A DNA stretch of 63,794 nt, counting the filler, from an uncultured Gemmatimonadota bacterium (lineage in GTDB: Bacteria; GCA-2686955), in NCBI GenBank assembly GCA_964490075.1. It is 8 parts of 8 records of this genome, joined end to end, with 100 filler letters (N's around TTAATTAATTAA, not from the genome) between each part and the next. Parts side by side here need not be neighbours in the genome. Positions count along the whole stretch, not along the records: positions 1 to 10,015 come from CAZBBK010000105.1; positions 10,116 to 19,676 come from CAZBBK010000106.1; 6 more parts are not named here. One strand, written 5' to 3'. Position numbers and translations under genes: made by a program. The notes beneath the pieces were generated by a model. The model was not told where the DNA came from. It worked only from the letters and a program-made list of their open reading frames with translations, and made no database searches. This document shows, piece by piece, positions 1 through 12,062 of this stretch (positions within the stretch are counted from its first letter, which is position 1; each line of letters opens with the position of its first letter).

Positions 1-40
1 GGCGAACGGCGAACGGCGAACGGCGAACGGCGAACGGCGA
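1..40. repeat. Heptamer tandem repeat (GGCGAAC) x ~5.7 at the window/contig start
   Basis: Read directly: ggcgaac five times plus ggcga. Confidence 0.95.
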
Positions 41-290
41 GTGCTGCTCTCATGGGTTACCTCTCATCCATCGCTGCGGACCCTGTTCTCTTGACGCGGC
101 GATTCTCGACCGCGCTTGCTCGAATCCCTGGTGGTCCGCTGACCAGATTGCATTCCGAGGGCTACGGGGCGACGAGAGGTTGTCAAGGGGGAGATCGGTC
201 TTCGGCCGATCCTCCCGTCCAACGGTCGATCCATGCTAAACCTCCCCCGTCCCCACCCCCGTCCCACCCCCACGGAAGGACCTCCCGACC

Positions 291-1436
291 ATGCGCCTGA
301 CCATCGTCGGCGCGGGCATGCAGGGCACCGCCGCCGGCTACGACATGGCCCGCTTCGCGGAGGCGGACGAGATCCGCCTGCTCGATCTCGATCCCGATCT
401 CGCGGCGGCCGCCGCGACGCGGATCAATCGCTTGCTCGGGCGCTCCCTCGCTACCCACGGAGCGATCGATGCCACCGATCCCGGCGCCACCAGGCGCGCC
501 CTGAGGGGATCGAAGGTCGTCCTCTCCGCCGCGCCTTACCACCTCAACCTGCGCCTCGCCGAGGCCGCTCTCGAGGTCGGCTGCGGCTTCGGCGATCTGG
601 GCGGCAACACCGAGATCGTGCGCGCCGAGCTGGCGCTGGACGAGGCCGCGCGCGCCGCCGGCGTCACCATTCTGCCCGACCTCGGGCTCGCCCCCGGGCT
701 CGGCAACACCCTCGCGGTCCACGCCATCGGCCAGGTGGCGGAGCCGCGCGCGGTGCGGGTCCGCTGCGGTGGCCTGCCCCAGACGCCGCGCCCGCCGCTC
801 GGCTACAAGTTGGTGTTCAGCGTCGAGGGGCTCGCCAACGAGTACTTCGGCAAGGTCCATGTGCTGCGCGACGGCCGCCGGGTCGAGATCGATACCTTCG
901 ACGAGCTCGAGACGCTCGGTTTCCCCGTGCCGATCGGGTGCCTGGAGGCGTTCACCACCAGCGGCGGCAGCTCCACCTGCCCCTGGACCCTGGCCGACCG
1001 GGTCCGCGACTACGACTACAAGACGCTGCGCTACCCCGGCCATCACGCCGCCATGAAAGTGCTGCTCGACCTCGGCTTCCTCGATCAAGAGCCGGTCGTC
1101 GCCGGGGCCGTCGAGGTAGTCCCACGCCAGCTCTTCCACACCCTGGCGCGGCGCGCCCTCGACTTCCCCGAAGACCGCGACCTGGTGGTGCTGCGAGTGA
1201 GCTGCGAAGGGGAGGACGAGCGCTTCGAGATCGACATCGTCGACCACCACGACGAGGAGACCGGATTCACCGCGATGGAGCGCATGACCGCCTTTCCGGC
1301 GTCGATCGCCATGATCGCGATGGCCGAGGGACGGCTCGCCGCCGGTGCCATCCCCCTGGAGCTGGCTCTCGATCCGGGCTTGGTGGTCGACGAGCTGCCT
1401 CGACGTGGCATCCACGCGGTGGTTCGACGGACCTGA
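291..1436 (+). CDS. Saccharopine dehydrogenase / lysine 6-dehydrogenase family oxidoreductase
   Basis: N-terminal Rossmann GAGMQG, DLGG, GLAPG, EAFTTSGG, YKTLRYPGH and AMERMTAFP motifs; SD-like GAAGGA upstream. Confidence 0.88.
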   Translation: MRLTIVGAGMQGTAAGYDMARFAEADEIRLLDLDPDLAAAAATRINRLLGRSLATHGAIDATDPGATRRALRGSKVVLSAAPYHLNLRLAEAALEVGCGFGDLGGNTEIVRAELALDEAARAAGVTILPDLGLAPGLGNTLAVHAIGQVAEPRAVRVRCGGLPQTPRPPLGYKLVFSVEGLANEYFGKVHVLRDGRRVEIDTFDELETLGFPVPIGCLEAFTTSGGSSTCPWTLADRVRDYDYKTLRYPGHHAAMKVLLDLGFLDQEPVVAGAVEVVPRQLFHTLARRALDFPEDRDLVVLRVSCEGEDERFEIDIVDHHDEETGFTAMERMTAFPASIAMIAMAEGRLAAGAIPLELALDPGLVVDELPRRGIHAVVRRT

Positions 1437-1500
1437 TCGACCGGCCGTGGTACTCTCCACCTTTTGAGAGCAGTCAGCCCCTGCCCGGAGACCGATCCCC

Positions 1501-2868
<1,368 letters not shown>

Positions 2869-2897
2869 ACCTGCGACAGAAACCAAGGAGTCGAGAG

Positions 2898-3704
2898 ATG
2901 AGAAGCTGGAAGAGCTGGATCGGTGCAGCGGCCGTAGTGGCGCTGGTGGGCTGTGGGGACGAGCTGGCGCTGCTGGCGGCGATCCTCACCGCCACCTGGG
3001 ACACCAACTCCATCACCCTCACCTGGGATCCCGTCGACGGTGCCGAGAGCTACGACGTGTATCGGGGCATCACCCAGGCCGGCATGATCCTCTGGGAAGA
3101 GGGATGGGATCAGACCGCCTACACCGACAATACATCGGTGGCGGGAGTGGTCTACTACTTCGCGGTGCACGCCCGCGATGGTGACACCGATTCCGGGCCC
3201 AGCAATGTCGTCACCGCCTTCCCGCACACGCCGCCGGCCGCCGCGGGGAAGGTCTATGAGAATACCTCGGGACAGGGTTCCTACTACGTGTTTCGCATGG
3301 CCGGCGGCGTGGCGACCGGAGAGGACTTGACCCTGGCCCAGGCCGACGAGGCCGACTTCGGTCTCAATACCCACGAAAGCGGCAACCCGGTCGATCCGGA
3401 GCTGCGCAGCCCGCATTTCACCGTGGTCCCCAACGGTCGCGTGAGTCAGTTCGCGTTGGTGCAGAGCGGCGCGTCACAGAACGATTTCGATGCGCTGATC
3501 GAGGGCTTCGAGGCCGACTATGTGTGGGTCGACGAGCTGAACGCGGAGTCGGCCGGTCTCTATCTGGTCAAGACCCAAGATGGGAACTTCGCCAAGCTCT
3601 GGATCATTTCGGGCAATGCACTATCGCCCTTCGACGGCGCCGGGGACGACGAGTACGTCGAGTTCGAGTGGGACTACAATCCGAACGGGTTGATTCTGTT
3701 CTAG
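2898..3704 (+). CDS. Lipoprotein with fibronectin type III domain and uncharacterised C-terminal domain
   Basis: AAGGAG SD, then MRSWKSWIGAAAVVALVGC lipobox; FN3 pattern SITLTWDPVDGAESYDVYR...YYFAVHA...SGPSN. Start moved from the ORF-track 2325 to ATG 2898. Confidence 0.75.
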   Translation: MRSWKSWIGAAAVVALVGCGDELALLAAILTATWDTNSITLTWDPVDGAESYDVYRGITQAGMILWEEGWDQTAYTDNTSVAGVVYYFAVHARDGDTDSGPSNVVTAFPHTPPAAAGKVYENTSGQGSYYVFRMAGGVATGEDLTLAQADEADFGLNTHESGNPVDPELRSPHFTVVPNGRVSQFALVQSGASQNDFDALIEGFEADYVWVDELNAESAGLYLVKTQDGNFAKLWIISGNALSPFDGAGDDEYVEFEWDYNPNGLILF

Positions 3705-5873
3705 CCTGACTGAGTCGACATAGCCGAGCGCGCGCAGATTGTCGCGCAGCTCGGCCGGCACGCCCCCGCCGCCCTGCGCGGCTTCGGGGGCGGGCCCGCG
3801 CTGGGCCAGCCATCGGTCCAGCGTGGTCTCGAGGCGATCCGCGACGCGTGCTTCCCGGTCCACGATATTATGTCGCTCGCCGGGGTCGGCGGCGCGGTCG
3901 TAGAGCTCCAGCAGCACGGCACCGGAGGGATCGGTGTGGCGAATGAGCTTGTAGCGGCCCTCGCTGATCGACTGGGCCTCCTCTCCGTAGAGCGTGCTCT
4001 CGGTGAAGGCCACCCGTGAGGGCAGGTCGCGAGCGCCATCGGAGCGCAGCGCGCTCGCCCAGCTGGTGCCCTCCGCGGCCAGCGGCGTGGAATCGAGACC
4101 GATCAGCTCGAGCAGAGTCGGCGCCAGGTCGATCATCGGGAAGGTCTCGGCCACGCGGGTGCCGGCGTGGCGGGCGCCAGCGGGCTTGAGCAGGAGCGGC
4201 ACGCGGATCAGCTCGTCGTAAAGCTGCTGTCCATGGTCGAAGGGGCGCTCCCAGAACCACGGATCCCAGTCGCAACGACCGCGATCTCCCAGCACTTCGC
4301 CGTGGTCGGAAGTGAGGGCGATCACCAGGTCGTGGTAGAGGCCGAGCTCGCGCAGGCCTTCCAGCAGGCGGGCGATGGCGGCATCGACGCGCAGGATCTC
4401 GCCGTCGTAGAGCGCTGGGTCGGGAACTTCGTCGCAGGATGCGAGGGGCGCGGGAGCGCTGAAAGGTGCGGGGGGGGAGAGGTGCGGAGTATGGGGATCC
4501 ATGTAGTGCACCATCATGAAGAAGCGCCGCTCTGCGTGCGCCCCGAGCCATGCCAGGGCACGTTCGGTCATACGATCCGCGGTGGTGTACGAGGGCACCT
4601 CGATGCCGATCAAAGGTGTCAGCAGCTCGATCGCCAGCCGGGTTCGCTGCTCGCCCAGAGGAGAGGCGTAAGCGTCGAAGCCGCGCGCCAGGCCGAAGGG
4701 GGGGCACAAGAAGGGGTTCGATGCCAGTCCGACCGTGGCCAGGCCTTCGGCGCGGACGATCTCGGCGAGGATCGGGATCTGCTCGGGAAGCGGTGTCCGG
4801 GAGTTGACCGGGCCCGGGTTGATGCCGGCGCCGTGGGCGCCGACCGAACGCCCGGTGAGGATCGAGCCGATCGAGGCCAGAGTCCAGGGTGCGGTGGAGA
4901 CGGCGTGGTCGAGCTGGATGGCGTGCCGGGCGAGCTGGGTGATCGCCGGAGCGGTCGGGTGCGGATAGCCGTAGCTCGGCAGCCGGTCGGCTCGCAGAGT
5001 GTCGATGACGATCAAGAGCAGCGAGGGTCCCGGAGCGGCGGAGACCGAGGGCTTCGGGGGGGGCGCGAGGAAACGCTCGCGGGCGCTGCCGAGCTGGGCC
5101 GAATGGGTGAGGACCAGGCCCATGGCGCAGAGCACGCAGGCTGCGAAGGGCGAGGGGAGAGTCCGGAGAGCCAGGGTCTTGCGCAGGCGTGGGGCGATGG
5201 CGATCGCCGCGACCGCGGCCAGGAGCCCGCCACCCGCGACCAGCGCTTCGACCGCCTTGGTAGGCGCGTTGCTGTCTCCCCAGCCGAAGTGGAACTCGAG
5301 CTTGAGCACGACCGCGCTGGTCAGGAACACGATCCAGGTCCAGGCGACCAGCACGCTGCGCGCGGCCTGCTCACCGCGGCGCCGGGCCAAGGCCACGCAG
5401 AAGAGCACCGGGATCGCTGCCGCGAGGGCCAGGAGGAGCGCCCCCGGAAGGGCGCCGAGCCAGGCGATCCCGACCCCGTGACGACCCTGGAGGAAGCGGA
5501 AGCCGCGCAGCACGACCAGCGTCGCGATCCAGGCGCAGACGCTCCACCAAGAGCTCAGCGCCGGGCCACCGAGCCGGCCCACACCAGGCAGCCGTCCTTG
5601 CAGCCGATCGGCCGATCCTCGAACCACCCCGGCCATCACTCCGAGCACCAGGACCAGAATCAGCAACTGCCCCGGCGCCAGAGCACCTCGCTCCGGGTCT
5701 CCCTTGGCCATCTCGACCCAGCCCTCGATCGCCAGCCACGCGGCCGAGGCGGCCAAGCCCCACGCGCCATGCCGCAGCACCTCGACGGCCGCTGTCGCGG
5801 CGCCCCGTCCCTGGAATGATCTCGGTCGGTCATCGAAGGCTCGGTCGTCCTCGTCTGTTCTCCAAAGGTGCAA
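3621..5873 (-). CDS. Membrane-anchored sulfatase-like (alkaline phosphatase superfamily) protein
   Basis: Several N-terminal TM segments, IVIDTLRAD, APWTLAS, HYMDPH, TSDHGE, HG..LY, ELYD...DPGE and LRALGYVD. Start codon uncertain. Confidence 0.85.
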   Translation of the reverse strand: MHLWRTDEDDRAFDDRPRSFQGRGAATAAVEVLRHGAWGLAASAAWLAIEGWVEMAKGDPERGALAPGQLLILVLVLGVMAGVVRGSADRLQGRLPGVGRLGGPALSSWWSVCAWIATLVVLRGFRFLQGRHGVGIAWLGALPGALLLALAAAIPVLFCVALARRRGEQAARSVLVAWTWIVFLTSAVVLKLEFHFGWGDSNAPTKAVEALVAGGGLLAAVAAIAIAPRLRKTLALRTLPSPFAACVLCAMGLVLTHSAQLGSARERFLAPPPKPSVSAAPGPSLLLIVIDTLRADRLPSYGYPHPTAPAITQLARHAIQLDHAVSTAPWTLASIGSILTGRSVGAHGAGINPGPVNSRTPLPEQIPILAEIVRAEGLATVGLASNPFLCPPFGLARGFDAYASPLGEQRTRLAIELLTPLIGIEVPSYTTADRMTERALAWLGAHAERRFFMMVHYMDPHTPHLSPPAPFSAPAPLASCDEVPDPALYDGEILRVDAAIARLLEGLRELGLYHDLVIALTSDHGEVLGDRGRCDWDPWFWERPFDHGQQLYDELIRVPLLLKPAGARHAGTRVAETFPMIDLAPTLLELIGLDSTPLAAEGTSWASALRSDGARDLPSRVAFTESTLYGEEAQSISEGRYKLIRHTDPSGAVLLELYDRAADPGERHNIVDREARVADRLETTLDRWLAQRGPAPEAAQGGGGVPAELRDNLRALGYVDSVRLEQNQPVRIVVPLELDVLVVPGAVEGR

Positions 5874-5970
5874 TGAGGCTACACTCGGCGCCCCACCCCA
5901 TTCGAATCAGACGGAACGCGCCGTCGCCCTGCGTTGACCGGTCGCAAGAATCGACCGAAGGAGTCGCCAC

Positions 5971-7392
5971 ATGGAGAGTATCAAGATCAGGATCATGGCG
6001 TCGCAGGATTGGAGCATGCGTCACGCCATGCGGGAGTTCGTCGAGTTCGCGGACCCGGTGATTCGCCATGCCGGCAAGGAGCATCGGATCGAGCTGGGGC
6101 GGATCATGGCCGAGCCGATCCGCTGCGGATCCGATATCCGCGACCAGGCCGACGTGGTGGTCGATCGCACCATCCACTGGAGCGACTACTACAAGTGCTG
6201 GGCCCACACCGCGCAGAACTGCGGCATGCGGATCGTCAACAACTCCTTGACCTTCGCCAACCTCGACAAGCACTCCACCTACGACCTCATGGCCCGGGCG
6301 ATGCACCCGGCCGACCGCTTCCCGACCACCGTGCTGCTGCCCGATTTCTACCCCTACACCGCCGACCAGTGGCGCGAGGAGAACTGGCAGTACGAGCAGA
6401 ACCTGATCACCAAAAACACCAAGTTCGGCTGGGATCCGACCCGCGTCACGATCGATACCGACTCGGTCGACGAGCAGATGAGCAACATGCTCCGCTGGCG
6501 CAAGCGCGGTCAGCTGGTGCGCGAGCAATTCTACCCGGCGCGCAACTACATGGCCGAGGTGATGGAGCAACACTTCGACAATCGCTATCCGGTCTATCTG
6601 AAGAAGGCATTCGGCGGCGGCGGCAGCGATGTCTACAAGATCGAGTCGTTGGACGAGCTCTACCAGAGGTACGACGAGACCAACGGCAAGATCTTCCACA
6701 TCCAAGAGGCGATCGAGGACTACGAGGTCTTCATTCGTTGCATGGGGATCGGGCCGATGGTGCTGCCGATGATCTTCCAGCCCGATCGCCCGCTGCACGA
6801 GCACTACTCCCCCGACATCTTGGAGATGGAGCGGGACCGTTACCAGCGCCTACAAGCCTACGTACGCTTCGTGAATTCCTATCATCGCTGGACTTACAAT
6901 TCCTACGAGTGTCTGGTCAAGGACGGCCAGATTCTGCCGATCGACTTCGCCAACGCCTGCCCGGACAGCAACTTCACATCGTTGCATACACATTTTCCTT
7001 GGCTGATCAAGGCGCTGGTGCAATGGCTCAGCTACATCGGTGTGACCGGCAAGAATATGGGGATCGACCTGGAGCAGGAGAAGTACGCCGCGGTCTTCAA
7101 CGATCCGGATCGGACGCCCGAAGAGAAGTACGAGTTCCACCGCAAGATGAGCGAAGAGTACTTCGAGATCGATCGTTTCGAGGAGTTCTGCGCCGAGAAC
7201 TTCGCCGACATCGACGAGCAGATCATCGCTTTCTACGACGCGCGTTTCGACGACGTGATCCAGCTCGCCATCGAGCACTCCGACTTCCCGGATCGCGAGA
7301 AGGGCTTCTTCTACGAGCGTTACAAGGAGACGATGGACACCGTCTTCCGGCCTAACGCGGAGCGCTATCTGGCGACGGTGGTGTACAAATAG
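5971..7392 (+). CDS. ATP-grasp fold protein (RimK/glutathione-synthetase-like)
   Basis: AAGGAG SD; DVVVDR, K..GGGGSDVYKI, IQEAI and final E-x-x-VKDG..PIDFANACPD motifs. Confidence 0.72.
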   Translation: MESIKIRIMASQDWSMRHAMREFVEFADPVIRHAGKEHRIELGRIMAEPIRCGSDIRDQADVVVDRTIHWSDYYKCWAHTAQNCGMRIVNNSLTFANLDKHSTYDLMARAMHPADRFPTTVLLPDFYPYTADQWREENWQYEQNLITKNTKFGWDPTRVTIDTDSVDEQMSNMLRWRKRGQLVREQFYPARNYMAEVMEQHFDNRYPVYLKKAFGGGGSDVYKIESLDELYQRYDETNGKIFHIQEAIEDYEVFIRCMGIGPMVLPMIFQPDRPLHEHYSPDILEMERDRYQRLQAYVRFVNSYHRWTYNSYECLVKDGQILPIDFANACPDSNFTSLHTHFPWLIKALVQWLSYIGVTGKNMGIDLEQEKYAAVFNDPDRTPEEKYEFHRKMSEEYFEIDRFEEFCAENFADIDEQIIAFYDARFDDVIQLAIEHSDFPDREKGFFYERYKETMDTVFRPNAERYLATVVYK

Positions 7393-7414
7393 CCTCGAGA
7401 CCAGCGGGTCGCAG

Positions 7415-10015
7415 ATGATCCGAGTCGAGACCCGCGGCGACAGCGTTGTCAAGCGGGCGCCCGCGCCCGTCTCGCGCGCCGCGCGGCGCATGCTGCGGCG
7501 CGAGTTCTGGCTGCTCTCGACGCTGCGGCCGACGCGGGCGCCGCGCGCGTTGGACATCGGTCCGGGAGCGGATGGCTCGCTGGAACTGATGGTGGAGCGT
7601 CTGGGCGGCGTCACCGCCGAGGCGACACTCGCCGCGGGCGACCGACTCGGTTTGGCGGCGGCGTTGATCGACGTGGCGCAGGCGCTGCACGAGCTGCACG
7701 TGGCCGGTCATGTGCACGGCGACGTGGCGCCGCGCAACGTGCTGGTCGAAGGCCGCGGGGCGGCGGCGCGCGGCTGGCTGATCGACTTCGGCTTCGCGGC
7801 GCGGGAGGGCTGCCGTCCGGCCCTGGTACGCGGCACGCCGGCGACCATGGCCCCGGAGGTGGCCGGCGGCGAACCGGTGCGTTCGAACGCCGATCTCTAC
7901 TCCCTGGGCTGTCTTCTGCGCGCGGCGCTGCGCGGGTGGATCGGCGCCGGGGGCCGCTCCGATGGCGATCTCGGGCCGGATCTCGGGGCGGCGCAGGCGT
8001 TCGGATCGAGCGACCTCGAGGAGCTCGAGGCTCTGGCGCGGGAGCTGAGGGCGACCGATCCGGCGGCCCGCACGGGCTCGGCCCACGACGCGGGGAGCCG
8101 GTTGGCGGCGGCCCTGGCGCTGGGGCGGGCGATGCCTGGCGCGACGCGGACGCCGCGGGTCCTGGGCCTGCGGCCGGGGCTGGAGTGGAGTCTCTTGCGC
8201 GCCATCGGGCGGCTGGCGGCTGGCGGGGAGGGCGGGGGCATCGCGCTGGTCGGTGCGGGCGGCAGCGGGCGCCGCTCGCTGCTGCGCATCGCCGAGCGGG
8301 CGGCGCGGGCGCAAGGTGTCGAGCTGGTGAGGGAGCCGTCGCATTTGGTCGCCCAGGGTGCTCGACCGGCCCTGGTGATCTTCGACCCGGGCGAGGAGTC
8401 CGCCGTCTCGGCTCGCCTGTCGGAGCACGCGCGCCTGCCGGGGGTACTGGCGCTGGCCGGGCTGAGACGGCCGCCGGCCGATCCGGCGCTGCGCGTGCTG
8501 GCGCTCCAGCCGCTCGACCTGGGCGCCAGCGTGCGCCTGGGCCGCGCGCTGCTGCGCAGCGCCCACATTCCGTCCGACGCGGCAGGCGAGGCGGGGCGGG
8601 TTCTGCAGCCCGGCGCCTGGGGCCGGCGCCTGCGCGCCGCGACTCCGCGGCGCAACGCGCGTGGCGACGTGATCGCGCTGCCACGCCGGCCCGCGGCGAC
8701 GGTCTCGGCGGAGCGGGCGAGTGCCCCCGCGCTGGCCGGATTCTGCGGCGATTTGCTGGAGCGTGCGCGCCTGGAGCGGCTGTTCCGGGAGCGGGGCGCC
8801 GCGGAAAGCGGGGCGGTCGCGATCCCACTCTCCGATCGCTCGCCGGCCGAGGTATTTCGTTGGGTGGCCGGGCTGCTGGGGCGCGCGCGGGCGTGCGGCC
8901 TGGCGCGCGCCGCGGCCGGTGCGCTGCTGGAGCCCCACCGGGGCGATCCGACCCTCCGCCGGCATCGGGCGGCATGGTTGCTGCGGTCGGCCGGCGCGTT
9001 GCGGAGCCACGTCGATCTGGCGCAGAGCGTCGCCGAGCAGGACGCCGGCCGGGGCCGGCCGCGCTCGGCGATCGCCATGGCCCGGTCGCTGCTCCCTTTG
9101 CTCGAGCCGGGCCGTCCCGACCATCTGCGGGCGTTGGGGGTAGCGGTCGATGCCGCGCGCCGGCTCGGGCGGCCGCGTCTGGCGCTGCGCTGGCTCGATG
9201 CTCTGCCCCCGCCCTCCTCCGCTCTCCAGGCGCGGGCGCTGGCGCTGGAGCGGGTCGAGACGTTGATTCTGTGCGGCGACGTGGAGGCTGCCTGGGCGGC
9301 GGCGGCGCCGCTGCGCGAGCCCGGCGCGAGCTTCGATGCGCGCGAGTCGCTGGCGTTGGCCCGCGTCGCCGAGCTGCGCGGCGAGAGCGCGCCGGCGCGG
9401 CGCTGGGCCGGCAGCGTGCTGGGGCCCGCCCGTCGCGCAGACCCTTCGGCGTTGGCCCGCGCGCTGGTCTCGCTGGCCGCCACCGACCTCTCGCGCGGCG
9501 ATCTCTTTCGGGCCGGACGACGCAGCCGCCGTGCCCTGGCGATCCGCCGCACCCTCGCCGACCCCGCCGGAGTCGCCGCCTGTCTGGTGCAGCTGGCCGA
9601 CGTCGACGACGCGCGTCGCGATCCGGCGGCGGCGCGGAGCCGTCTTTCCGAGGCTCTCGACCTGCGGCTGGCGGCCGGCCAGGTGGCGGGCGCCGCCGAC
9701 ATCCTGGAGCGGATCGGCCGCAGCGACGCGGCGGCGGGAGAGGGGCGCGCCGCGCGGCGGCGTTTCTCGCGGGCGCTGGAGCTGCGCGAGCGCCTGGGCG
9801 ACTCCGCGGGGAGCGCGGCGGCGCGCCACAACCTGGGCATCCTGGCGCTGCGGGACGGCGACGCGGAGGCGGCGCGGCGTGCCTCGATCGGCGCGGCGCA
9901 GCTCTTCGACCGGCTTGGAGAGCTGCGCGCCGAGCTGGCGGCCCGCACCCACGGCGCCCTGGCCGCGGAGGCCCTGGGGCGGCGCCGCGCCGCCACGCTC
10001 GAGCTCATGCGCGTG
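7415..10015 (+). CDS. Ser/Thr-kinase-like + degenerate P-loop + TPR protein (3' partial)
   Basis: HGDVAPRN, IDFG, GTPATMAPE, ADLYSLG; GAGGSGRR; TPR-like ALELRERLGD..GSAAARHNLG. Runs into the spacer. Confidence 0.7.
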
Positions 10016-10115
10016 NNNNNNNNNNNNNNNNNNNNNNNNNNNNNNNNNNNNNNNNNNNNTTAATTAATTAANNNNNNNNNNNNNNNNNNNNNNNNNNNNN
10101 NNNNNNNNNNNNNNN
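10016..10115. other. Artificial contig spacer
   Basis: 44 N + TTAATTAATTAA + 44 N. Confidence 0.99.
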
Positions 10116-10264
10116 CAGCCTCCGCGGCTGACCGCGAAGCGACCGCGATCGGCGGCTGACCGTGCTCAGGAGTCGCGAACGGCCGCAGCGCGACCACCAT
10201 CGGCCGCTGACCACCCTCAGCCTCCGCGGCTGACCGCGAAGCGACCGCGATCGGCGGCTGACCG
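10116..10264. repeat. 51-bp-period tandem repeat (A-B-A) with imperfect palindromic unit ends
   Basis: Identical 47-mer at 10116-10162 and 10218-10264; degenerate copy starting at 10167. Confidence 0.85.
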
Positions 10265-10586
10265 CGGAGTGACCGGGATTGCTCGCTGACCCGGGTCAGG
10301 TGTCCGGGGCGGTTGCGGAGCGACCGGCATCGGCCGCGGGCGGGTGTCTCGGAGTTGGAGAGCCGCGGCTTGGAGAGAGGCCCGGGCGGCTCGGCCGTGA
10401 CGGCGCGGTACTTCGAGTCGGCGCCGGGGCACGGAGCGTCGAGGCGCGCGCGGCTGGACTCCCCGTCCGATCGGAAGCGCGAAGACGCCGGAGGCGATGC
10501 CGCGTGCTTCCACGGGGAGCGGCCCAACTCTGTCCCCCGAAGGGGGCCGATCTCATGCTCTTCCGAAGCGACCGACCGGGGAGGCT

Positions 10587-11939
10587 CTACTCGATGCCCA
10601 ACGCCCGCATGCGCCGCCAGAGGGTGGCGCGGCTGATGCCGAGGGACTGTGCGGCGCGGTTGCGATGCCAGTGGTTGGCCTCCAGCGCGCCGCGGATCCG
10701 CTCGGCCTCGTCCTGCTCGCCGGAGTCGATGGTGGCCGGGCCGCGCGGCGCCCGTCCGGCTCCACCGCGGAGCTCGGGGGGGAGGTCGTCGACGTGGATG
10801 GTTTGACCTTGGGCGACGGCGACGGCGTAACGGAGGGCGTTTTCGAGCTGGCGGACGTTGCCGGGCCAGGGCTCTTTTTTGAGTAGCTCGATGGCGTCGG
10901 GCGAGATTTGCAGGGCGCGGCCCTGGGGCGACGAGACGCGCTCCAGCAGGTGGGCGCAGAGTGGCTCGAGGTCGTCGGGGCGATCGCGCAGCGGCGGGAG
11001 CTCGATCGGGACCACGCGCAGCCGATAGTAGAGGTCTTCGCGGAAGGTGCCGGCTTCGACGGCGGCGGCGAGGTCGACGTGGCTGGCCGAGATGATCCGC
11101 GCGCGCAGGGGGCGCGACGAGGTCTCGCCGACCCGCTCGAAGGAGCGTTCTTGCACCACGCGCAGCAGCTTGGGTTGCAGGTCGCGCGGCATGTCTCCGA
11201 TCTCGTCGAGGAAGATGGTGCCGTCGGCGGCGGCTTCGAAGCGACCGGTGCGGTCGCGGGTGGCGCCGGTGAAGGCGCCGCGCACGTGGCCGAAGAGCTC
11301 GCTCTCGAGCAGGGGGGCGGGCAGGGCGGCGCAGTTGACGGCGACGAAGGGGGCGTCGCGGCGCGGTGAGTGATGGTGAATGGCGCGCGCCACGACCTCT
11401 TTGCCGGTTCCGCTTTCGCCGCTGATCAGGACCGACGCGTCGCTGGTCTGCAGGACTTCGATCAGGTGCACCACTTCGAGCATCGGTGCGGAGCGGGCCA
11501 CCATCGCTTCGGGAACCTCGAGGCTGTGGCGCTGGGCGGGAGCTTCGGTGGGGCGCACGACGACGATGTAGCGGGCGCCGGTGTCGGACCAGGCTTGGAA
11601 CTCTTCGGGCAGGGCGGCGGCGGTCAGCGAGACCAGCTTGGCGCCGGCTTGCGGACAGCGCAAGAAGGCCCGCCGGCCCTCTTCGCGACCGCCGGTCTCG
11701 AGCTTGCCTCGCAGGGGCTCGCCGGGCGCGAAGAGCTGGGCGCCGAGGATTCGCTCGATCGGCTGGCCGATGGCCTGTTTGCCGGCGCCGGGGCAGACCA
11801 GGCGATCGTAGCCGCCGGTCGCGGTCAGGACTCGGAACTCGCCGTCCAGCACCAGCATGGCCCGCCCCAGAGCCTTGCAGGTCATCTCCAGCATGGTCCA
11901 GGGGTGATTGGGGCCCGGCGAGTCGGCGTCTGCGCCCAT
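10587..11939 (-). CDS. Sigma-54-dependent transcriptional activator (PAS-like + AAA+ + Fis HTH)
   Basis: [41 protein letters not shown] and [16 protein letters not shown]. Confidence 0.93.
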   Translation of the reverse strand: MGADADSPGPNHPWTMLEMTCKALGRAMLVLDGEFRVLTATGGYDRLVCPGAGKQAIGQPIERILGAQLFAPGEPLRGKLETGGREEGRRAFLRCPQAGAKLVSLTAAALPEEFQAWSDTGARYIVVVRPTEAPAQRHSLEVPEAMVARSAPMLEVVHLIEVLQTSDASVLISGESGTGKEVVARAIHHHSPRRDAPFVAVNCAALPAPLLESELFGHVRGAFTGATRDRTGRFEAAADGTIFLDEIGDMPRDLQPKLLRVVQERSFERVGETSSRPLRARIISASHVDLAAAVEAGTFREDLYYRLRVVPIELPPLRDRPDDLEPLCAHLLERVSSPQGRALQISPDAIELLKKEPWPGNVRQLENALRYAVAVAQGQTIHVDDLPPELRGGAGRAPRGPATIDSGEQDEAERIRGALEANHWHRNRAAQSLGISRATLWRRMRALGIE

Positions 11940-12062
11940 GGCCCGAGCATCGGCCTTCCACCGCGTGGATTCAAGAAAAAGCCGGAATCGCCGGCCGGGG
12001 CGGCGGTGGGCGCGACGGGTGCGGTGGGTGCGACGGGAGCGACGGATGCGCTGGGAGTCGGA

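Noticed and set aside
1-40. GGCGAAC repeat as a telomere-like or phase-variation tract
   Set aside because: It is cut by the window edge, non-coding and about 250 nt from the next gene, so there is no evidence for function.
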